Positions 24,990-39,374 of a DNA stretch of 64,000 bases are shown piece by piece; position 1 is the first letter of the stretch; the number at the start of each line of letters is the position of its first letter. The position numbers and the translations under genes were made by a program. The DNA is taken from assembly GCF_009914755.1 (NCBI RefSeq), contig NC_060928.1; one strand, written 5' to 3'. The notes under the pieces were generated by a model, which saw nothing but the letters and a program-made list of their open reading frames with translations, was not told the DNA's origin and searched no databases. The DNA comes from the human T2T-CHM13v2.0 reference genome, Homo sapiens.

Positions 24990-27900
24990 CCGAAAATAGC
25001 CAAATAGGAACAGCTCCAGTCTGCAGCTCCCAGTGAGATCAACACGGAAGGTGGGTGATTTCTGCATTTCCAACTGAGATACCTGGCTCATCTCATTGGG
25101 ACTGGTTAGATAGTGGGTGCAGCCCACAGTGGGTGAGCCAAAGCAGGGTGGGGCGTCACCTTGCTGGGAAGTGCAAGGGATTGGAAACTCCCTCCCCTAG
25201 CCAAGGGAAGCCATGAGGGACTGTGCCATGAGGAATGGCGCATTCTGGCCCAGATACTATTCTTTTCCCACCATCTTCACAACCAGCAGACAAGAAGATT
25301 CCCTCAGATGCCTATACCACCAGGGCCCAGGGTTTCAAGCGCAAAATTGGGTGGTCATTTGGGCAGACACCAAGCTAGCTGCAGAAGTTTTTTTCATACC
25401 CCAGTGGCACCTGGAACACCAGTGAGACAGAATCATTCACTCCCCTGAAAAGAAGGCTAAAGTCAAGGAACCAAGTGGTCGAGCTCAGTGGTTCCCACCC
25501 CTACAGAGCCCAGCAAGCTAAGATACAATGGCTTGAAATTCTCGCTGCGAGCACAACAGTCTGAAGTCAATCTGGGAATCTCAAGCGTGGTCGGGGGAGG
25601 GGAATCTGCCATTACTGAGGCTTGAGTAGGTGGTTTTCCCCTCACAGTGTAAAAAAAGCCACCAAGAGTTTGAACTGCATGGAGCACACCAAAGCTCAGC
25701 AAAGCCACTGTAGCCAGATTGCCTGTCTAGATTCCTCCTCTCTAGGCACGGCATCTCTGAAAGAAAGGCAAGCAGCCCCAGTCAGGGGCTTATAGATACA
25801 ACTCCCCACTCCCTGGGACAAAGCACCTGGGGAAAGGGGAGGTAATGGGCGCAGCTTCAGCTGACTTAAACCTTCCCGCCTGCCGGCTCTGAAGAGAGCA
25901 ATGAATCTCCCAGCACAGTGCTCGAGCTCTGCTAAGGGACAGACTGCCTCCTCAAGTGGGTCCCTGACCCCTGTGCCTCCTGACTGGGAGACACCTCCCA
26001 GCAGGGTTCGGCAGACACCTCATTTAGGAGAGTTCCGGTTGGCATCTGGCAAGTGCCCCTCTGGGATGAAGCTTCCAGATGAAGCAACAGGCAGCAATCC
26101 TTGCTGTTCTGCAGCCTCCGCTGGTGATACCCAGGCAAACAGGGTCTGGAGTGGACATCCAGCAAACTCCAGCAGACCTAGGGCAGAGGGGCCTGACTGT
26201 TAGAAGGAAAACTAATAAACAGAAAGGAATAGCATCAACATCAACAAAAAGGACATCCACACAGAAACCCCATCTGAAGGTCACCAACATCAAAGACCAA
26301 TGGTAGATAAATCCACGAAGATGAGGAAAACCAGCACAAAAAGGCTGAAAATTCCAAAAACCAGAATGCCTCTTCCCCTGCAAAGGATCACAACTCCTTG
26401 CCAGCAAGGGAACAAAAGTGGACAGAGAATGAGTTTGACAAATTGACAGAAGTAGGCTTCAGAAGGTGGGTAATAACCTTCTCTGAGCTAAAGGAGCATG
26501 TTCTAACCCAATGCAAGGAAGCTAAGAACCTTGAAAAAAGGTTAGCAGAATTGCTAACTAGAATAACCAGTTTAGAGAAGACCATAATGACCTGATGGAG
26601 CTGAAAAACACAGCACGAGAACTTCGTGAAGCATACACAAGTATCAATAGCCAAATCGATCAAGCAAAAGAAAGGATATCAGAGATTGAAGATCAACTTA
26701 ATGAAATAAAGCATGAAGACAAGATTAGAGAAAAAAGAATAAAAAGGAACAAACAAAGCCTCCAAGAAATATGGGACTATGTGAAAAGACCAAACTTACG
26801 CTTGATTGGTGTACATGAAAGTGATGGGGAGAATGGAACCAAGTTGAAAAATACTTTTCAAGATATTATCCAGGAGAACTTCCCCAACCCAGCAAAACAG
26901 ACCAACATTCAAATTCAGGAAATACAGAGAACACCACAAGGATACTCATTGAGAAGAACAACCCCAAGACAAATAATCGTCAGATTCACCAACATTGAAG
27001 TGAAGGAAAAAGTGTTAAGGGCAGCCAGAGAGAAAGGTCAGGTTACCCACAAAGGGAAGCCCATCAAACTAACATAAGACTAGCAGAGGACCTCTCTGCA
27101 GAAACCCTGCAAGCCAGAATATAGTGGGGGCCAATATTCAACATTCTTAAAGAAAAGAATTTTTGACCCAGAATTTCATATCCAGCCAAACTAAGCTTCA
27201 TAAGTGAAGGAGAAATAAAATCCTTTACAGACAAGCAAATGCTGAGAGATTTTGTCACCACCAGGCCTGCCCTATAAGAGCTCCTGAAGGAAGCACTAAA
27301 CATGGAAAGGAATAACCAGTACCAGCCACTGCAAAAACATGCCAAATTGTAAAGACCATTGAGGCTAGGAAGAAACTGCATCAAATAACCAGCAAAATAA
27401 CCAGCTAACATCATAACGACAGGATCAAATTCATGCATAACAATATTAACCTTAAATGTAAATGGGCTAAATGCTCCAATTAAAAGACACAGACTGGCAA
27501 ATTGGATAAAGACTCAAGACCCATCAGTGTGCTATATTCAGGAGACCCATCTTATGTGCAAAGACACACATAGGCTCAAAACAAAGACATGGAGGAATGT
27601 TTACCAAGCGAATGGAAAGCAAAAAAAAAAGCAGAGGTTGCAATCCTAGTCTCTGATAAAACAGACTTTAAACCAACAAAGATCAAAAAAGACAACAGCA
27701 TTACATAATGGTAAAGGGATCAATGCAACAAGAAGAGCTAACTATCCTAAATATATATGCACCCAATACAGGAGCATCCAGATTCATAAAGCAAGTTCTT
27801 AGAGACCTACAAAGAGACTTAGACTCCCACACAATAATACTGGGAGACTTCAACACCACACTGTCAATATTAGACAGATCAACAGAGACAGAAAATTAAC

Positions 27901-30900
27901 AAGGATATTCAGGACTTGAACTCAACTCTGGACCAAGTGGATCTAACAGACATCTGCAGAACTCTCCACCCAAAATCAACAGAATATACATTCTTCTCAG
28001 CACCACATCATACTTATTCTAAAATTGACCACATAATTGGAAGTAAAACACTCCTCAGCAAATGCAAAAGAATGGAAATCATAACAAACAGTCTCTCAGA
28101 CCACAGTGCAATCAAATTAGAACTCAGGATTAAGAAACTCACTCAAAACTGCACAACTACATGGAAACTGAACAACCTGCTCCTGAATGACTACTGGTTA
28201 AATAAGGAAATTAAGGCAGAAATAAATAAGTTATTTGAAACACATGAGAACAAAGACACAACATACCAGAATCTCTGGGACACAGCTAAAGCAGTGTTTG
28301 GAGGGAAATTTATAGCACTAAATGCCCACAAGAGAAAGTAGAAAAGAACTAAAATCAACACCCTAACATCACAATTAAAAGAACTAGAGAAACAAGAGCA
28401 AACAAATTCAAAAGCTAGCAGAAGACAAGAAATAACTAAGATCAGAGCAGAACTGAAGGACATAGAGACACAAAAAAACCCTTCAAAAATCAATGAATCC
28501 AGGAGTTGGTTTTTTGAAAAGATTAACAAAATAGATAGACCGCTAGCCAGACTAATAAAGAAGAAAAGAGAGAAGAATCAAATAGATGCAATAAAAAATG
28601 ATAAAAGGGATATCACCACTGATCCCATAGAAATACAAACTACCATCAGAGAATACTATAAACACCTCTATGCAAATAAACTAGAAAATCTAGAAGAAAT
28701 GGATAAATTCCTGGACATATACACCCTCCAAAGACTAAACCAGGAAGAAATTGAATCCCTGAATAGACCAATAACAAGTTCTGAAACTGAGGCAGTAATT
28801 AATAGTCTACCAACCAAAAAAAGTTTAGGACCAGACAGATTCACAGCCAAATTCTACCAGAGGTACAAAGAGAAGATGGTACCATTCCTTCTGAAACTAT
28901 TCCAAACAATAGAAAAAAAGGGACTCCTCCTTAACTCATTTTGCGAGGCCAGCATCATCCTAATACCAAAACTTGGGAGAGACACAAGAAAAGAAAATTT
29001 CAGACCAATATCCCTGATGAACATCGATGCAAAAATCCTCAATAAAATACTGGCAAACTGAATCTAGCAGCACATCAAAAGGCTTATCTACCAAGATCAA
29101 GCTGGCTTTACCCCGGGATGCAAGGCTGGTTCAACATACGCAAATCAATAAATGTAATCCATCTCATAAACAGAACCAATGACAAAAACCACATGATTAT
29201 CTCAACAGATGTAGAAAAGGCCTTTGATAAAATTAAACACCCCTTCATGCTAAAAACTCTCAATAAACTAGGTATTGATGGAACGTACATCAAAATAATA
29301 AGAGCTACTTATGACAAACCCACAGCCAATATCATACTGAATGGGCAAAAGCTGGAAACACTCCCTTTGAAAACCACCAGCACAAGACAAGGATGCCCTC
29401 TCTCACCACTCCTGTTCAACATAGTATGGGAAGTTCTGGCCAGGGGAATCAGGCAAGAGAAAGAAATAAAGGGTATTCAAATAGGAAGAGAGGAAGTCAA
29501 ATTGTCTCTGTTTGCAGATGACATGATTGTATATTTAGAAAACCCCATCTTCTCAGCCCAAAATCTCCTTAAGCTAATAAGCAACTTCAGCAAAGTCTCA
29601 GGCTACAAAATCAATGGGCAAAAATCACAAGCATTCCTATACACTAATAATAGACAAACAGCCAAATCATGAGAGAACTCCCATTCACATTTGCTACAAA
29701 GAGAATAAAATACCTAGGAATACAACTTACGAGGGATGTGAAGAACCTCTTCAAGGATAACTACAAACCACTGCTCAATGAAATAAGACAGGACACAAAC
29801 AAATGGAAAAACATTCCATGCTCATGGACAGGAAGAATCAATATCATCAAAATGGCCATAGTGCCTAAAGTAATTTATAGATTCAATGCTATCCCCACCA
29901 AGCTACCATTGACCTTCTTCACAGAATTAGAAAAAAACCACTTAAATGTCATATGGAACCAAAAAAGAACCCGTATAGCCAAGACAATCATAAGCAAAAA
30001 GAACAAAACTGGAGGGATCATGCTACCTGACTTTAAACTATACTACAAGGCTACAGTAACCAAAACAACATGGTACTGGCACCAAAACAGATATATAGAC
30101 CAATAGAACAAAACAGAGGCCTCAGAAATAACACCACACATCTACAACCATCTGATCTTTGACAAACCTGAGAAAAACAAGAAATGGCAAAAGGATTCCC
30201 TATGTAATAAACGGTGTTGGGAAAACTGGCTAGCCACATGCAGAAAACTGAAACTGGACCCCTTCCTAACACCTTATACAAAAATTAACTCAAGATGGAT
30301 TAAAGACTTAAATGTAAGACCTAAAACCATAAAAACCCTAGAAGAAAACCTAGGCAATAACATTCAGGACACAGGCATGGGCAATGGCTTCATGACTAAA
30401 ACACCAAAGGCAATGGCAACAAAAGCCAAAATAGACAAATGGGATCTAATTAAACTAAAGAGCTTCTGCACAGCAAAAGAAACTATCATCAGAGTGAACA
30501 GGCAGCCTAGAGAATGGGAGAAAATTTTTGCAATCTATCCATCTGACAAAAGGCTAATATCCAGAATCTACAAGGAACTTAAACAAATTTACAAGAAAAA
30601 AGCAAACAACCCCATCAAAAAGTGGACAAAGGATATGAACAGACATTTCTCAAAAGAAGACATTTATGCAACCAACAAATATATGAAAAAAGGCTCATAA
30701 TCACTGGTCATTAGAGAAATGCAAATCAAAACTACAATGAGATACCATCTCAAGCCAGTTAGAATAGCAATCATTAAAAAGTCAGGAAACAACAGATGCT
30801 GGAAAGGATGTGGAGAAATAGGAATGCTTTTATGCTGTTTCTGGGACTGTAAATTAGTTCAACAATTGTGGAAGACAGTGTAGCGATTCTGCAAGGATCT

Positions 30901-31460
30901 AGAACCAGAAATATCGTTTGACCCAGCAATGCCATTACCGGGTATATACCCAAAGGATTATAAATCATTCTACTATAAAGACATATGCACACATATATTT
31001 ATTGCAGCACTATTTACAATAGCAAAGACTTGGAACCAACCCAAATGCCCATCAATGATAGACTGGATAAAGAAAATGTGGCAATATACACCATGGAATA
31101 CTATGCAGCCATAAAAAAGAATGAGTTCATGTCCTTTGCAGGGACATGGATGAAGCTGGAAACCATCATTCTCAGCAAACTAACACAGGAACAGAAAACC
31201 AAACACTGCATGTTCTCACTCACAAGTGGGAGTTAAACAATGAGAACACGTGGACACAGGGAGGGAAACATCACACACCAGGGCCTGTTGGCAGGTGGGG
31301 GGCTGGGGGAGGGATAGCACTAGGAGAAATACCTAATGTAGGTGACGGGTTGATGGGTGCAGCAAACCACCATGGCACATGTATACCTATGTAACAAACC
31401 TGCACATTCTGCACATGTATCCCAAGAGAATATAATTTTTAAAAAATTAAAATAATAAAT
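24990..31460 (+). mobile_element. Full-length, inactive L1PA (about L1PA6-8) element
   Basis: 5'UTR starting ATAGGAACAGCTCCAGTCTGCAGCTCCCAG. ORF1 remnants from about 26321-27352 (SLQEIWDYVKRPNLRLIGV). ORF2 remnants with endonuclease ([18 protein letters not shown]), RT ([22 protein letters not shown]) and C-terminus, all broken by stops and frameshifts. 3'UTR and A-tail present. Confidence 0.97.
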
Positions 31461-31949
31461 GCATAAGTGTTACTCATTTATTGAAAAATAAAACCTGAAA
31501 TGTACTGGATTCAGTCATAATATGTCCAGATATTCTTATATTTTTCCAATATTTAAAGAAAATTAAATTTGTTATCTCCAGGCATTAGTTAGGACTGAGG
31601 ATAATTAGACAATTTTTGAAATTCTATCAATTTTTGAGGTCATTACAACTTATCACTAATTGGGTAATAGCAAGGTGATATGAAAATTTTTCTATTGAAG
31701 TCATGTACTTAGAAAAGCTTGTTCAGATCAATAAAAATTATATTCTACAGTCAATTTTAACTATAACAAGTATATTGTAAATGCATATCACTAGTTGCTA
31801 GCAAAAAAAGATGAAAAGAAATTAATATTATAGCCCATATTTACTAACTCATTGCTATCTCAAAAACTGTCCCTAACTTTCCACTAATGGCAGCATAATA
31901 GCTGAGGGTGTTCCATTCAAAAGAACCATGTCAGAACTTTTAACTTATC

Positions 31950-32090
31950 TACTTTCAGTCTGACAACTTTGTAAAGTAGATGTCACACCTAATTAGCAGA
32001 TAGAAAAACTGAGGCTCAAAGAAGTTAGCTAACCTGTCAAAAATTACATGGCTACTAAGTGGAGAAGCAAGGAATCAAACCCAAAGAATG
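31950..32090 (-). mobile_element. MIR SINE
   Basis: CAGATAGAAAAACTGAGGCTCAAAGAAGTTAGCTAACCTGTCAAAAATTACATGGCTACTAAGTGG. Confidence 0.75.
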
Positions 32091-32329
32091 TAAGCCCTCA
32101 GAGACTGTATGTGCAAAAGAACAAACTGACTAGCTAGAAGTGGAATCACACCTTCAAAACTGTATTCCAGATTAACGATTTTACATAGTAGAAATATCTA
32201 ATTTTGAAGATCTCTATTAAAATGATTCTTAAGTTCTTTTTTAAGTTATTAAGTTTCTTTTTAAAAATAAATATTTATAAAATGACTAGTCTAGCTATCA
32301 AAATATCACTACCATGGGGGAAATGGGAG

Positions 32330-32720
32330 AAAATTTTCTGGGATAAAAGAAACTAGAGACATAACAAGTCACTGCAACACACGGCCCTTAGTTGAGTCCT
32401 GGTAGGAACAAAATGACTAAAAATATTTTTGCCAAAATTTGAGTATAAACTCAATTTTAGATTATATGTTTGAATTATTAATACTGTTATAGGTTGATGG
32501 TGTTGTGTTATAAAAGAAAGGCTTTTTAGAGAGAAATGCTGAAATAGAGAGTAGCTGTTACAATTTCTGTAGTTTACCTTAAGATACTTCAGCAAAACAA
32601 CTAAGATATATAGCAAAATGTTAAGAATTATGAAAACCAGGGAATGAGTATATAGTTCTACTACCCTCCTCACTTTTCTATATGTTTGAATATTTTTCAA
32701 GACAAAAAGTCAAAAATTGT
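32330..32720 (+). mobile_element. Old L1ME/L1MC 3' fragment
   Basis: GCAAAATGTTAAGAATT...CTTTTCTATATGTTTGAATATTTTTCAA 3'-end motif. Confidence 0.6.
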
Positions 32721-33201
32721 TTTTAATTACTTGTATTTAAAAATTCAGTGTTGATTTTTTGGCTTTAAATACTGCCCTGCACCAGTACTTGGCACCACAG
32801 TATTTTTTTTAAATCCTCTGTCCTTTATTAACTTGTCTTATTGACAAGGAAATATGGTGTTCCATCACATTAACTGTCAGAAGGCAATCACTCTGCTTAC
32901 TTTGAGAGCCCAACAGGAAAGAGTGGATGATCTGTTCCTGTTGGGAGGACCTGGGCCATGGTTGTTTGTTTCTCCGTAAGCGCCTTCAATTACTGTTCCA
33001 CTACTCATCAAGCACATAAGTTACTCATTGAGAACCTCTGATCGTCACTGTGCTCATCAGGAAGAAATTGATGCACAAAGAACTACTGTCAATCTCAGCA
33101 AACCACAACTATTCTTTTCTTTAAAAGTAAATTCCTTGACACAAATGACCTTATCTTAAATCTAATAGATTTCCTATTTCCAAAAAGCTCGACTGGAGTG
33201 T

Positions 33202-33208
33202 TATAAAA
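33202..33208 (+). promoter_or_regulatory. MUC7: MUC7 TATA box (TATAAAA)
   Basis: TATAAAA about 120 bp upstream of the exon 1 donor (CAG|GTATGT at 33325/33326), consistent with a ~100-nt first exon. Confidence 0.8.
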
Positions 33209-33225
33209 CCTGAAAATTCTCTTGT

Positions 33226-33325
33226 GCTTTCTCTTCTTTTGCTTCTAGTTACCATCCTCAAAGGATTGGCTAAAAGCAAGCAACTGGATTGAACACCCTA
33301 AGAAGAAAGATTCACACTGCACCAG
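33226..33325 (+). other. MUC7: MUC7 non-coding exon 1 (5' end approximate)
   Basis: Lies downstream of the TATA box, ends at a canonical donor, and is ~1.7 kb from exon 2, matching the known three-exon MUC7 structure. Confidence 0.8.
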
Positions 33326-34186
33326 GTATGTGGATACTTTAGATAGGTTCTAATATAAACTAAACAGCTTTCAAGTAATATACATATATTAAGTAATAGC
33401 AATAGTTGTTCTAATACAGTTATTCTCCTCTCTTCTTATGAACTGCCAAACAGTGTGGTAACACTCAATTCATATGTTATTAGAACACAATATGATTGGT
33501 AGGAATGTTTTTTGGTCTTGAAATTTAAAAACAAATCTGACAATATATTAGGAACCTGAAGAATATTAAGTAACCATTTCGTTTTTCAATTGGGTCAGAT
33601 TGTTTTCTTCTTAGTGTGCTAGTACTATAATAATACCACTGAGACTTTATTATGGATAAGACATTATTCTCAGTACGATTTGTAATATATATATTATTCC
33701 AGTCAATCCTCAGGACATTCTTATGATGTAAGATTGCAACTCACTCAAAGTCATGCAGTGAGTGGCAGAGTCACACAGTAAGTGGGCAGAGCTTAAATCA
33801 AGTCTCTGACTGACTCTAACACCCATTTTATAAACCATGGGATTGTATTGTAAAGTGTGTCTAATCTCACAGCCCACCACATTGACATGCACACTAATTA
33901 CCTGCCCTAATATGTAATCTGTCTATATGATTTAACCTTTATTTTGTTTTCTAAAGCTGATAAGCTGACATGTACACATTACATATATAACCAAAATGAG
34001 AAAAACAAAAGACCACATTCTTCTCTCACTCTTCCCTTCTACAACCTATAGCCAAAATACAATTCTCTTTTGCAAGTAGTTATTCAAAAAAAATATGTAT
34101 TAAGTCTGCACTATGTACTAGGCATGATGACATAACAATGAATAAAGAATAATTCCTGTCATTTTGGGACTTAGAAAAAGGGTATC

Positions 34187-34491
34187 GGCCAGACACGGTG
34201 GCTCACACCCGTAATCCCAGAATTTTGGGAGGCCGATGAGGGTGGATTGCTTGAGCCCAGGAGTTCAGGACCAGCCTGGGCAACACAGTGAAACCGTGTC
34301 TCTACAAAAAATAAAAATAATAATAGCAATAGCCAGGAGCGGTGGTGCATGACTGTAGTCCAAGCTACTAGGGTGGCCAAAGTGAGAGGATCGCTTGAGT
34401 CTGGGGGGTGCAGGCTGCAGTGAGCCATGCGTGTGCCACTTCACTCCAGCCTGGACAACAGAGCGAGACTCTGTCTCAAAAAAAAAAAAAA
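34187..34491 (+). mobile_element. AluJ element, MUC7 intron 1
   Basis: Alu dimer with poly-A tail. Confidence 0.93.
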
Positions 34492-35055
34492 GGTACAAGA
34501 AAAAGGATTATCAAATGGCAAAATCTTCAGTAGAATGAAATTGGAGGAAGAGTCCATTTGACCTGGTTCTTTGTTCCAAGTGACAGCCTTATAGCACAGC
34601 GACAAAGAGCATTTTCCTCTAACATCAGGAGTCTTTGCAAAACTGTGTAGTATCAGGTCATTTATATGATGGTTCCCCACAGAGGGGAGCTTCCTGAATT
34701 AGAAAAGAAATAAGAAGAAAATTATTTCCTTTTCTTATTGCTAAACTTCCTAAGATCCTGCCTTTCCTAGCCAATCTTTAATATCAATAGAAAATGCTCA
34801 TTTTGCAAACTAGTTAGAATAATTCTTGAGCCTCCTCCATTGCTTCCTCTCTAAAAGAATGCATTTTAGGCCTGAAGCAATTTTGCATCACCCCTATGGA
34901 ATGAAAATGTATACATAATTTTCAGAAACCATTGGTCTCTTTTTGCCTGTACTTTCTAATAAAAATAAGTTATTTACCAAAACGCATTCCTCTCCCATAA
35001 TATCATAACTAATAGTACGCCACATTTCTGCTTTTCCCAGGAGACATCAGAAAGA

Positions 35056-35109
35056 ATGAAAACTCTGCCGCTGTTTGTGTGCATCTGTGCACTGAGTGCT
35101 TGCTTCTCG
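35056..35109 (+). CDS. MUC7: Mucin-7 coding exon 2, signal peptide MKTLPLFVCICALSACFS
   Basis: Acceptor CTTTTCCCAG| at 35040, ATG at 35056, 18 codons, phase-0 donor |GTAAGT at 35110 (typical SCPP signal exon). Confidence 0.97.
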
Positions 35110-35260
35110 GTAAGTATTCACCCAAATAAGTTTTTTCCTTAACTATCAATAACAAACATTTAGTGTACCTACCTGAGACTTTTAAAGCATAATAGGCAAC
35201 CCCTATTTCCAAGAAGCTTGACATCTTTTATTTCCAGGAAACCTATAAATATGGACAATT

Positions 35261-35555
35261 GGCCGGTGCACTGGCTCACACCTCTAATCCCAGCACTATG
35301 GGAAGCCTAGGAGGGAGGATCACTTGAGCTCAGAGAAGTTCAAGACTAGCCTGAGTAACATAATGAGACAGTATCTCCACAACAACAACAACAACAAAAT
35401 TTAATTAGCCAGGTGTGGTGGTGCGTGCCTGTAATCCCAACTACTCGGAGGCTGAGGTTGGGATCTTAAGCCTGGGAGGTCAAGGCTGCAGCAAGCCGTA
35501 ATCATACCACTATGCCACAGCCTGGGTGACAAAATGAGACCCTGTCTTAAAAATA
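35261..35555 (+). mobile_element. AluJ element, intron 2
   Basis: Alu dimer with (CAA)n middle tract. Confidence 0.9.
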
Positions 35556-35559
35556 TATA

Positions 35560-35625
35560 CAGATAGGTAGATAGACTAGATAGATAGGTAGATAGACTAG
35601 GTAGGTAGGTAGGTAGGTAGATAGA
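35560..35625. repeat. (TAGA/TAGG)n microsatellite
   Basis: Tetranucleotide repeats read directly. Confidence 0.9.
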
Positions 35626-35679
35626 GCATAAGGAAATAATTTGTTTCATTTATCCAATATCTATAGAGCACAAACTTTA

Positions 35680-36600
<921 letters not shown>

Positions 36601-36989
36601 CTACAAAGTGGACCTTCTATCTTTAAGAAATTTAGGGTGTACTGGCAAAGGAAGATTAAAATTAATAATGATATAATGTGATTACAAGGTGATACATGCT
36701 GTAATAATAACCATATTTTTCTCTCATGCTATGTACCTGCAAGTATTTATTAAATTTTATTTTGACAAAATTTCAAATAAGAATCAAGAAGTGGAATGTA
36801 CTTTTTTATTGAATGAGGATGGATAGCCTCAGAATATTACGCCAGTAGAGTAGAGAGAGAGAGGGCAGAAGAACTGATGAAGTGGACGGAATTTACTCTT
36901 GGATATTCTCATATTTCTCACTTACCTTATAATATCCCCCAGAAAACAATCAGGCTTTTTCCCGGACCCTAATGCTGATTTCTGTGACT

Positions 36990-37200
36990 AGAAGAGTGTT
37001 CAAGCTGGGCTCAGAAGATGTGGGCTTAAACTCATCTCTAATGTTTACCATCCAGATGAATCTTGAGCAATTTAGAATCTATTTATAGGGCCCCAATTTC
37101 CCTATGTGTAAAATAATAACAACACTATATGCTTCACAGGGCTGCTGAAGGGTAAATGAGAATTTATAAATTATAAACTATAGTGTAGATATAAAAATTA
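36990..37200 (+). mobile_element. MIR SINE
   Basis: CCCCAATTTCCCTATGTGTAAAATAATAACAACAC...CTTCACAGGGCTGCTGAAGGGTAAATGAGA. Confidence 0.65.
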
Positions 37201-37584
37201 TGACAAGATTATTGTAATCTCAATTTACATACTAGTTGATAAGGCTTTAAGTTCTGAATATGCACAGTGATGTTAACTTTTTAATAAGTGAAGTTTTAAT
37301 AAGGAATCCCTGGCTACCAACACCTCTATATTGAAAGAAATAATTTTCCAATCAACACAAGTCATGTTATTGTGAAATGATGAATCTGGGTTGTTCTTTT
37401 GAAGTGGCCTTTCATCATAACTCCCTCAAATCCAGACACCTAAAGAATCCTTTCTTCCAAGTGCTTAGAATAAATAAAACTCTTCAAGCTGCCCAAATCT
37501 CAAAAAAGTGCCTGGTGAGAGAAAGAGTTTCCAAAGAACTTGAATATGAGAAGGTAGCACAGAAATACCTTGACCTGATCCTTA

Positions 37585-38019
<435 letters not shown>

Positions 38020-38157
38020 TCAACTATAGCATTATTTAGCATAATGCTTTCATTCTCTTTAAAAAAGGATCACAGATTTTCAAATGGTCATAAAAATAAG
38101 CTGGTAGCAAATGAAGAAATGAATTGTGCTTTCTAATTTCAATTAAATGTAATCTTG

Positions 38158-38480
<323 letters not shown>

Positions 38481-38719
38481 CTAATTCTCTCCCTTTCTGA
38501 CTAATTTTCTCCTCCTCTTCCTTCCTCAGAGAATTTGGCATTCCTCTAGTTATTTTAGGAGTCTTCTGCTTTCTCATACCCTCCTTTCTTGCTGCAAGTG
38601 CCATGTGTCTCTCCTTCTCCTTCCCTTGACTCCAGCCTACTCTATCCTTGTTCCTCATGTCTTCTCCCTCTTCTCTGCTCTCAAAAGTACAGTTTGCAAA
38701 TGGAGAAACATTCTCCTAA

Positions 38720-38870
38720 AAGTTACTTAGTCTGAGACTCAGTTTTCCCATCCATATAATGAAGATAATAACCGTACCCACCTTATGATATTACTAAGAA
38801 ATTAAATAAATTTGTATTTGTAAACCACTCAGAATAGGGCCTAACATAAAGTGTTACATGAAGACTTTTT
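38720..38870 (+). mobile_element. MIR SINE
   Basis: AAGTTACTTAGTCTGAGACTCAGTTTTCCCATCCATATAATGAAGATAATAACCGTACC. Confidence 0.75.
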
Positions 38871-39374
38871 TAATAAAAATAAATAATGAATGTGAACAGG
38901 CAGGCAGGGTTGCTATCTTTAATACACCCTCCCTGGCATATCTATATTTATTATAAGGACCTCCATACTTCAGTCACCTAAACTCAAACTTTAGAGGCAT
39001 GCATTTTCAACTCCTTCCTCTCTCAGACTTCTCTAAATCCAACTCTAGTCTACAATTTCTGTTATAACCACCTGTAACTGCCAATCATAATAACTAATCA
39101 ATATATTAAGTAAATCAAACAAACTGGTCATTTGATACATGTTCCAGGCCAAGCTAACATTAAAATTAATAGGATTTTAATCAATTTGCCTTCATATAAA
39201 AATGTGGTAGGTATTATTTTGGTCACCTAAAGTAAAATAGCTGAAACTATTTTACATATGAATAAACACTTTTAAATGTTAATACTTTATTCAATAACAA
39301 ATTAGTTATTGTTATCATTTCCATGCATTTACTCATTCAATTAATAGCTAATGAGTACCTGCCATATGCCAGGC

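Noticed and set aside
26321-31236. L1 ORF1/ORF2 as an active retrotransposon or novel reverse transcriptase system
   Set aside because: Ordinary L1PA with many stops and frameshifts.
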